This document shows, in pieces, positions 52,575 to 60,574 of a stretch of 60,574 bases of DNA. The stretch is from positions 1 to 60,574 of the forward strand of contig JTLS01000006.1 of NCBI GenBank assembly GCA_000826855.1. Reading direction: 5' to 3'. The translations under genes and the position numbers were made by a program. The first letter of the stretch is position 1, and every line of letters starts with the position of its first letter. The DNA is from Basidioascus undulatus (Eukaryota). The notes beneath the pieces are model-generated. The model was given only the letters and a program-made list of their open reading frames with translations. It was not told the origin of the DNA and did no database searches.

Positions 52575-52903
52575 CGCGGGCAGATCTTAGGCGACAGCGA
52601 TGGGGTCGTTTGCGGGAATGGAAATACGAAAGAACACGTCCGAATTGTCAGTGAGCAGAGCAGAGACAGTGAGCGGCGAGGAAGCGAGCGTGGCGGTAAG
52701 AAGCCAAACAACGGGGGAAGGCGAGCGAGCAGGCAGCGCGCCCTCGACTAGCCTTCGGGCGGAGAATTCACTCAACTTTGCCTAGTTGCCCCTTCACACC
52801 GCGCCACTCTCTTGGTCGCCCTCTTGCCATCGTCTCGCCCTCGGACTCGGGCTTGCCTTCCACTCTTCACGCGTCTTTCTTCCTCACAGCACATATTCTC
52901 AGG

Positions 52904-54834
52904 ATGGCTTTCAACGCCGGTAACGATGCCAAGCTCACCTTCGAGGTGCGTACACCGCCCTGGAATGGCCGCGGAGCAGATGTTGATGGGATCGCGTCCC
53001 GCAGTCCTCGGAGGAGGTCAAGGTCGCGCCGACCTTCGACTCGTGCGTATTCCCATGCAAGTGTTGCGACCGAGGAGGATTTCTGAAGGACGGGAGAACA
53101 GCATGGGCCTGAAGGAGGACCTCATTCGCGGTATCTACGCCTACAGTGCGTCCATTGATCGCCTTGCCCCGGCCCTCCCGCGAGCTCAGTTGGACCCCGC
53201 ACCGTGCAGACTTCGAGAAGCCCTCGGCCATCCAGCAGCGCGCTATCCTTCCGATCATCAAGGGCCGCGACGTGATCGCCCAGGCCCAGTCGGGTACCGG
53301 CAAAACTGCGACGTGCGTGCAACCAAGCTGGCCTTGCGCGCTTGTGGCGCTTGTGGCGCGTTGGCGGGGTTGTGCTATGCGACAAGGGACTGATGGGAGG
53401 GCGACCCCAGCTTCTCCATCTCTATTCTGCAGTCGATCGACACGTCTGTGCGCGAGACGCAGGCGCTTGTGTACGTCGACTGAACCAGTACTCAACGGGC
53501 TCTTCCCGCCTGTGGCCGTCCCCTGACGACGCGATCACAGGCTGAGCCCGACCCGCGAACTGGGTAAGCATTCCCCTCTCCCTCTCCATTACCCCTCGTA
53601 TCGGCGCTGACACCTCCCGTCGCCGCCGCCTCCCACCTCGCTTCCGCTCCCAGCAACGCAAATCCAATCCGTCGTCCTCGCGCTGGGCGACTACCTCTCC
53701 GTGCAGTGCCACGCCTGCATCGGCGGCACCTCCATCGGCGAGGACATCCGCAAGCTCGACTACGGCCAGCACGTCGTGTCCGGCACGCCGGGGCGCGTGT
53801 ACGACATGATCCGGCGGCGGCACCTACGCACGCGCAACATCAAGATGCTCGTGCTCGACGAGGCGGACGAGATGTTGAATCAGGGGTTCCGCGAGCAGAT
53901 CTACGACATTTACCGTTACCTGCCGCCCGCCACGCAGGTCGTCCTCCTCTCCGCGACGCTCCCGCACGACGTCCTCGAGATGACGACCAAGTTCATGACG
54001 GACCCGATCCGCATCCTCGTCAAGCGTGACGAGATCACGCTCGAGGGCATCAAGCAGTTCTTCGTCGCTGTTGAGAAGGAGGACTGGAAGTTTGACACGC
54101 TTTGCGACCTCTACGACACCCTCACCATCACCCAGGCCGTCATATTCTGCAACACCCGCCGCAAGGTCGACTGGCTGACGGAGAAGATGCGCGAGGCCAA
54201 CTTTACCGTCTCGTGCGTCGTTTCCTCACTTGTCCCCATGTCCTTCCGAGCTGACCCACCAACTCTCGTCGCACCAGCTCGATGCACGGCGAGATGCAGC
54301 AGAAGGAGCGCGACGCGATCATGGCCGAGTTCCGCGGCGGCAACTCGCGCGTGCTCATCCCGACCGACGTCTGGGCGCGCGGCATCGACGTCCAGCAGGT
54401 CTCGCTCGTCATCAATTACGATCTGCCCACGTGCGCGCTCTCTTCTCCTTTCTGCCCGCGTTCTTGTCCGCTCTGTGGTACCTGATGCTTACGCTGCGGG
54501 TGGGGTGGACGCACAGGAACCGTGAGGCCTACATCCACCGCATCGGTCGCTCCGGCCGCTTCGGCCGCAAGGGCGTGGCGATTAACGTGAGTCCCTGCGC
54601 CCCTCCTACCTACTCACCCTTCCTCCCTTGAGCTCTTCACCGCCATACTGACACATCCGACCTCACCAGTTCGTCACCATCGAGGACGTCCGCATCCTCC
54701 GCGATATCGAACAGTTCTACAGGTTTGCCACATTCGCTTCACCCCATCCCTAACTTCATGAGCGCTGACGCGCTGGGCGCGTCAACAGCACCCAGATCGA
54801 CGAGATGCCGCTCAACCTGTCCGAGATGGTCTGA
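52904..54834 (+). CDS. FAL1: ATP-dependent RNA helicase eIF4A-III (exon junction complex core)
   Basis: [110 protein letters not shown]. Confidence 0.96.
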
Positions 54835-55240
54835 GTGCGGGGCGCGAGAACGTTGGGAACGGGGCACGCAAAGGGATGCGGGATGGGAATGGGGGTTGCT
54901 TGTTGTACATGTTTTTCTTTTGTTTGAGCGCTTCACGGAAAAAAAGATAGCGCCTGTGAGGACGTACGGTACTGCGCTCGGCTGTGGTGAAGTTTGCGTT
55001 GACGTGTGAGGTGTGCCACGGAAGTTGAGACACAGTTGGCATCAAGATATACTGGGACGGTTCTACTCAGCCAATTTGTGCGCCTTGAGGGGAATGCTGC
55101 AGGATATTGAATAACGGGCAGCTTTGCAACGGTGCATCGCAAACAAGCTGCGACGCGAGGGTGGGCGCGCCGCTCGCGCGAAACGCCGCGTGCTGAGCGC
55201 GAGCTCCTTTCCTCATACCGTCAGTCTTCTCGCTCTCACA

Positions 55241-56593
55241 ATGGCTTCGGCCGCACCGTCGCCTTCCCCAAGCTCGACGACATCCTCATTACCGTCAACC
55301 ATCTCATCAGCAAAGGCGCGGGCCAAGTTTGCCGAACTCCTCGCGCCCCGCGCTGGCCGCTCTTCCGACTTCGACATCGAGGAGCGACTCAAGAAGCTGC
55401 GACGACTGATTCTCGTCCATGGCATACCGGATGATCAGGTAGGGTCTGACTTCTGGGTGTGCGCATACGAGAGGGGGTACTGAAGGGATCATGACCGCCC
55501 AGCCACCATTCCGGCCGCTGGTCTGGAAGCTCCTCCTGCGCGTCCACTCTCTCCAAGCGAACGCGTACCTCTCGTTGGTAGCGAAGGGCCGCTCGGAGGT
55601 GTCTGATAAGATCCGGAACGATACGTTCCGCACACTGCGGAGCGACCAGAAGTTCAAGGCTCGGGTGGGGGAGGACATGCTGGTACGGTTGCTGGAAGCG
55701 TTCGCCTGGAGGAGTCTAGGTGAGTTGCGCTGTTCGTTCTTCTTCTGCCGGGATACAGAAGAGTCTTGACGTGGGATTGGGTTGCAAGAACATCTAGATA
55801 GTTCCACGCAATACGTGCAGGGCATGAACGTCCTTGCTGCCCCATTCCTCTATACGATGCCGTCCGAGGTGCGTTCTTGTTCTGGACCCCGCAACCCGTC
55901 CTTGCCCCGGCACAGCTCACGAGCGTGCTGGGTTATGCAGATCGAGGCATTCGCATGCTTCTCGAAGTTCATCGAGAAGACATGCCCTCTCTACGTCCTT
56001 CCCACGCTCGAGGGCGTGCATCGCGGTCTCAAGCTTCTCGACCGATGTTTGCAGATCGTCGACCCGAAGCTGTTCAACCACCTGCGGCGGCATAACCTCT
56101 CCGCTGAGATCTACGCCTTCCCTTGTGCGTGAAACCCCTCTTTCCGTGCGAAGATGGACTGACACAAGATATTTGTGAATCCCCAGCCGTCCTCACCCTC
56201 TCCGCCTGCACGCCTCCCCTCGCCCAAGTCCTCCAACTATGGGATTTCCTCCTCGCCTTCGGGCCGCACATGAACATCCTCTGCGTCATCGCTCAGGTCC
56301 TCCTGATGCGCGAAGAGATCATGAGCTCTCCAAGGTCCGTTCCTCCTTCCCCTCTTTCGCCCACCATCACCACATCCGCTGACGCAACATCCACAGTCCT
56401 ATGCGACTCCTCCGCACGTTCCCGCCGCTCGATGCCCAGCCCATCATCGGCATCGCCGTCACGCTCGTTCGGGATCTTCCAGAAGACGTGAGCCCGTCGT
56501 TCCTCTGTCCCGCGGTGAACGGCTCCTGATCCTTGACTACTGCAGGTGTACGACGACCTCGTGCGGCACCCGTTCGACCCCCGCGACCAGTAG
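55241..56593 (+). CDS. BUB2: Bub2/Cdc16 TBC-domain GAP of the mitotic exit / septation initiation network
   Basis: LKKLRRLILVHGIP, RPLVWKLLL, KIRNDTFRTL, YVQGMNVLAAPFLY, CPLYV.PTLEGVHRGLKLLDRCL, SAEIYAFP, LWDFLLAFGPHMNILCVIAQ. Confidence 0.93.
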
Positions 56594-57273
56594 ATACCCC
56601 GCCTTTAAGATACCCATTATTTGACTTCTTTCTGCACATGCTTTCGTTCGCGCACGTACCAGGCCCGCTTATGGACTATGGACTCTTGCGTGCTTGTTTT
56701 CCACGTACTCGCATCTCGCATCGCATCTCAGTCTTGCATCTACTTTGGCCAACGGAGGCATGCATGAAGATCAGTCTGCATATGTCTACAGAATACCGCC
56801 GTGCTTAGGGGTAAGGGTCAGCTGGGCCACGATTCCCTCAGTTCAAGTAAGTTGTGCTGAAGGCAGGCCGCGGACTTAGCCTAGTGTCGCGTTGTATTAG
56901 CGACCTTCAGCATCCTTCACCGCGTCGACGCCGTACCGCGCGGGTAACCTTCACTGCGGCAATCTTTATCAAAGGGTTTGTGTAAGCTTGAAGTTGCTTC
57001 GAGGCCCGAGGTCACGCCCACCGGCTTTTCGCCCTGCAAACGCCGCCGCAGCGGCAGTAAGCGTCGCTTCTTTCACCCATCTCGCGCAGTGCCGCTCTTC
57101 CGTCCCGCCGGGCGTCTTATCTCGCAGGTATGATCCACATTGGTCCCTTAAAGATATGATCATGTGAGAGTGCAACGAGAAGACCGCTTTAAGAGAGTCG
57201 TTAAGGGAGTCGAGCTGTTCGCACGCCGTGCGCGTACGCTCTTCATCCCCCGATACCCTACAATCGAAGAGAC

Positions 57274-59918
57274 ATGCTCGAAAAATCACCCGAATTCGAG
57301 GATAAATATAAAACCGACTTCCAGTCCCGTGTCGTCGCTACCACCTCAATACCCTGTGATTTCAACGACGCGGACGCAGCCGCTCTCGCTCGAACGGGGA
57401 AGCAGCAGCAGCTGAAGCGCAAGTTCTCAATATGGTCTTTGTTAGCCATGAGCCTTACGGTCACTGCGTAAACGGTCTGATCTCTCTGGTTCGATGTACG
57501 GCGCTCTGACGATCTAGGATGGATGAAGGACGTGGACGGGTCTTGCGTCGGCCTCGTCAAGTGCTCTCATCTCCGGCGGTGGAGTTGCGATGATTTATGG
57601 TTTCCTCTATGTCGGTGAGTTACAGAATCCTACATCTCTTGAAGTAGATGCAGGGACTGAAGCGGGGTCGTTGCCAGCTGCGAGCGGATACTGCGTAGCA
57701 GGCTCGTTGGGAGAGCTATGCAGCATCTGGCCTACATCTGGAGCGCAGGTTTGTCTTGACTTGCATTCGCCTTGTATTTGATGGTGAAATCACCGGAAGA
57801 AACAATTGCAGTATCATTGGGCCGCAATGTGTGCTTCTCCCAAGTACTCAGCGCTGGTGTCGTGGTACACTGGCTGGTTCAGCCTTGCTGGACAGATCGC
57901 TTTCACAGCCTCGGTTCGTTTCTCTCACTCATCCAAAGCTATGCTTTCAAGGCTTACCAACAACGATGGCTCTAGGTAGGATACGTAGGAGGTATGCTTG
58001 GTGTCCTGTCCTCAACGAACAACGAGGCTGCCTCGATGCCGGATCTGAACCTTAACACTCCACCGCTCCAGCTCAACTGATCATGGCGCTCGCCATAATG
58101 TACCACCCAGCCTTCGATCTGCAACCCTGGCAGCAATATCTCGTCTACGTTCTTCTCCTCACTTTCGCCCTATTCTACAATCTGTTCCTATCGCGGGGTC
58201 TTCCGGCCATCAACCACCTAGGACGTGAGTTTGCTCGAGGGAGCTGGCTTATGATTAATCGGCGCTGACGCGAAAACACTTTTTGGACTGCGAAGTGTTT
58301 GTTCTTTTTGCCGGATGGATCGTCACTCTCGTCACTCTGCTGGCGAAGACCCCGCAAAAAGCAAGCGCACGCTTCGTGTTTGCAGACTTTGAAAATGCCA
58401 CTGGGTACGCCTGTTTTCCGTGCCAACCGGGGCCTTTCATGGCTGTCCTACGACTATTGTTGATTACCTGTCCTCTATAGCTGGCCTGACGGTTTCGCCT
58501 GGCTGCAAGGCCTCTTGACTCTGGCGTACTCAATGACCTGCTTCGATTCAGCTGCGCACGTACGCACTTTTTCGCACTGCACAGTGTTGTGAATGCCCCG
58601 TTGACCTGCTCTCATCGGGTTGCAGGTCGTTGAGGAGGTATTTTTAGACTTTTTCATGGCGTTTCATGGCCTGTGCAGGCACGCAACTCATATCGAGACT
58701 CCCCAGATGAAAAACGCAAGCACCAACGCTCCCCGAGCGATGACGGCCTCAGTCTTTGGCGGCGTCGTCACCGGTTTGCCACTGGCCATAGCCCTAATTT
58801 TTTGCATTCGTGGGTGCATTCCCTTCCGCAGTTCAAATCATCCACGCTAACTGCCAAGCATGCAGAGGATCTGCCAGGCGCACTGGCGACGTCTTTGGGG
58901 TAAGAGCACCTTGCAACCTACCCTCCCATTGCATCCAATCGAACACCCCAATGTGTTCCTCTATCAGGGTGCCTCTCGTGCAGATCTATTACGATGCCGT
59001 TGGACTGCACGCTGCCGGCGCCCTGACCAGCTTTATCGTTCGTGCGTTGCCCCTCACCTGCTGTCGCTGAGCACCTGTGATTTGTCACTGACATATACAG
59101 CCGTTATTACATCCCAATATTACAGTGGCTGCAATTACATCTTCCGTACCTCTACTCGCCAGCAACAGCCGTACGGCGTGGTCCTGTGCCAGAGATGGCA
59201 TGCTCCCTCCCGTGCTCGCGAAGGTGCACAAGGGCTTCGACGCGCCCATCAACGCCATCGTGTTCTGCTACATCTGCCAGGTCCTTCTCGGACTGCTTAG
59301 TATTGGGTCCTCGGCAGGTACGCTACTCCTCAATCTGCCACAATATTCGATCTCCTCCGAGAGAGAAACTGAAGCTCGGGCTGCTGCTTGTTTTAACAGC
59401 TTTCCAGGCTGTGCTATCCATTGCTCTGATCGGGCTCAATATTTCCTACGCCATCGTGATTTCTTGCGTGCTCATCACAGGCCGCAAGAACCTGCCGCCC
59501 CGAGAGTGGGGATACGGCGTAAAGTCCGGCTACGCAGTGAACATGTACGATTTCCGTTCTCAGCCCCGACTTACGTGTTCTCCCGTACGACATACCCTTC
59601 TATTGCAGTGTTGCAGTAGTCTATTGCATCTTGGTGAGCGTACTGTTCCTGTTCCCGGCGTCGGTACCCGTTACGGCAACCTCAATGAGCAAGTTTTCCA
59701 GTCCGCTCCCATTCCACCTCTCCATCGTAGCTTACCAAGTCTCTTCTAGATTATTCAAGCTGTGTTGTCGCGCTTGTCTTCGTCTCCGCCACTGTGTACT
59801 GGTTCGCGAGGGGACGCACGACTTACAGTAAGTTACGAAGCCTGCAAGCACCCGACTGTCCGACGCTTGCTGACGTTGGGCTACAGAGGGGCCTGTCGTC
59901 GATTTGCAAGAAGATTGA
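57274..59918 (+). CDS. APC-superfamily amino acid/choline permease (Hnm1/Uga4-like ACT family), many exons
   Basis: LKRKFSIWS, GGGVAMIYG, SLGELCSIWPTSGAQYHW, SWYTGW, FENATGWPDGFAWLQG, FDSAAH..EE, NAPRAM, SRTAWSCARDGMLP, PINA, SMNYSS, GRTTY.GP. Confidence 0.9.
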
Positions 59919-60378
59919 AGCCACTGTCCTCGTGTTTACTTTGTGTCTGATTCAATATTCATTTCATTGGATTGGAAAAGATGGAAAGCCTTGGACAAGC
60001 CAGGATGCCGGCGTTTGCGAGGGGGGGCAGCGAGGACTGTTCCCGAGCCTGAAAAAGCACTTTCAGCTTGGGAAACGACAGCGTCCGACCAGCGACGATC
60101 GATGCTATCTCCGGTCTCAGACGTTTCCGTCTGATACGTCGCTTATGGTAGTCAGTCTCCCTTCTTCAATCTTCAAGAGCTTAATACATAAGGTCGTTAT
60201 CAGCCTTGCTTATTTGCGACCAACAATTCCTCTTTCTGTCTGTCCTGATGGACGCCCCAAATTCATCGGCCGCAGGCATGACGACCTTCTTGTGTGTGCG
60301 TGAGGCAAGGACAAGTCAAAAGTTAAGCATCCGCCAAGACGCAAACACCAGCATCAGCGAAAGATGCCTTGATGCGCA

Positions 60379-60574
60379 TCAAAGCGAGACGAGCCAGTCC
60401 TTAAGCTCCGCGACGCCCTCCTCATCCCCGTTGCTCGAGACCCATGTGCCGACCCAATCTACCTGGACGTCCCCGTCCCTCTCCAGCGCCTCCCACGAGA
60501 ACCCGTCCTTTGGATCGCCTCCCAACCCATCCCCGCCCCACCCATCCTCCTCCTCCTCCTCCTCCTCCCCACCC
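60379..60574 (-). CDS. 3' end of a gene running off the window, probably signal recognition particle receptor beta subunit
   Basis: GGEEEEEEEDGWGGDGLGGDPKDGFSWEALERDGDVQVDWVGTWV..EEGVAELKDWLVSL* resembles the acidic-loop / F.W / G..EL..WL ending of fungal SRbeta. Fragment only. Confidence 0.45.
   Translation of the reverse strand, partial: GGEEEEEEEDGWGGDGLGGDPKDGFSWEALERDGDVQVDWVGTWVSSNGDEEGVAELKDWLVSL
60545..60568. repeat. (TCC)8 trinucleotide microsatellite encoding an acidic run on the minus strand
   Basis: Read directly from the sequence. Confidence 0.9.

Overview
Eukaryotic, intron-rich, GC-rich fungal DNA. It is a basidiomycete, probably Pucciniomycotina (inferred from short GT-AG introns with CTRAY branch points and from protein sequences). 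All gene models were spliced by eye, so internal boundaries are approximate. About 19 intact or near-intact genes are recognisable: LAMTOR2-like Ragulator subunit, AVT2-type amino acid transporter, cPLA2/PLB-family lysophospholipase, MedA-type regulator, Pyridox_ox_2/Nim-type flavin-binding protein, NAD(P)H flavin-reductase-like protein, aldo-keto reductase, an uncharacterised protein with an Ig-like C-terminal domain, NPR2, mitochondrial MetRS, LisH-CTLH-CRA protein, MET8, SDR, QCR9, a hypothetical protein, PRP9, FAL1/eIF4A-III, BUB2 and an HNM1/UGA4-type permease, plus the 3' end of a probable SRP receptor beta gene. Several decayed genes are interspersed: a 5'-truncated RKM4/SETD6, a second AKR, a MYND-finger gene and an Xth/APE1 AP endonuclease. 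The main signals are two genes that appear to need non-AUG initiation (CUG at 30734 behind a long AUG-free leader, and AUC at 26), a four-gene flavin/NAD(P)H redox island at 19.2-27.4 kb, a start codon split by an intron (NPR2), and a ~200-nt AG-exclusion zone in a QCR9 intron. No tRNA, rRNA, CRISPR array or recognisable transposase was seen.
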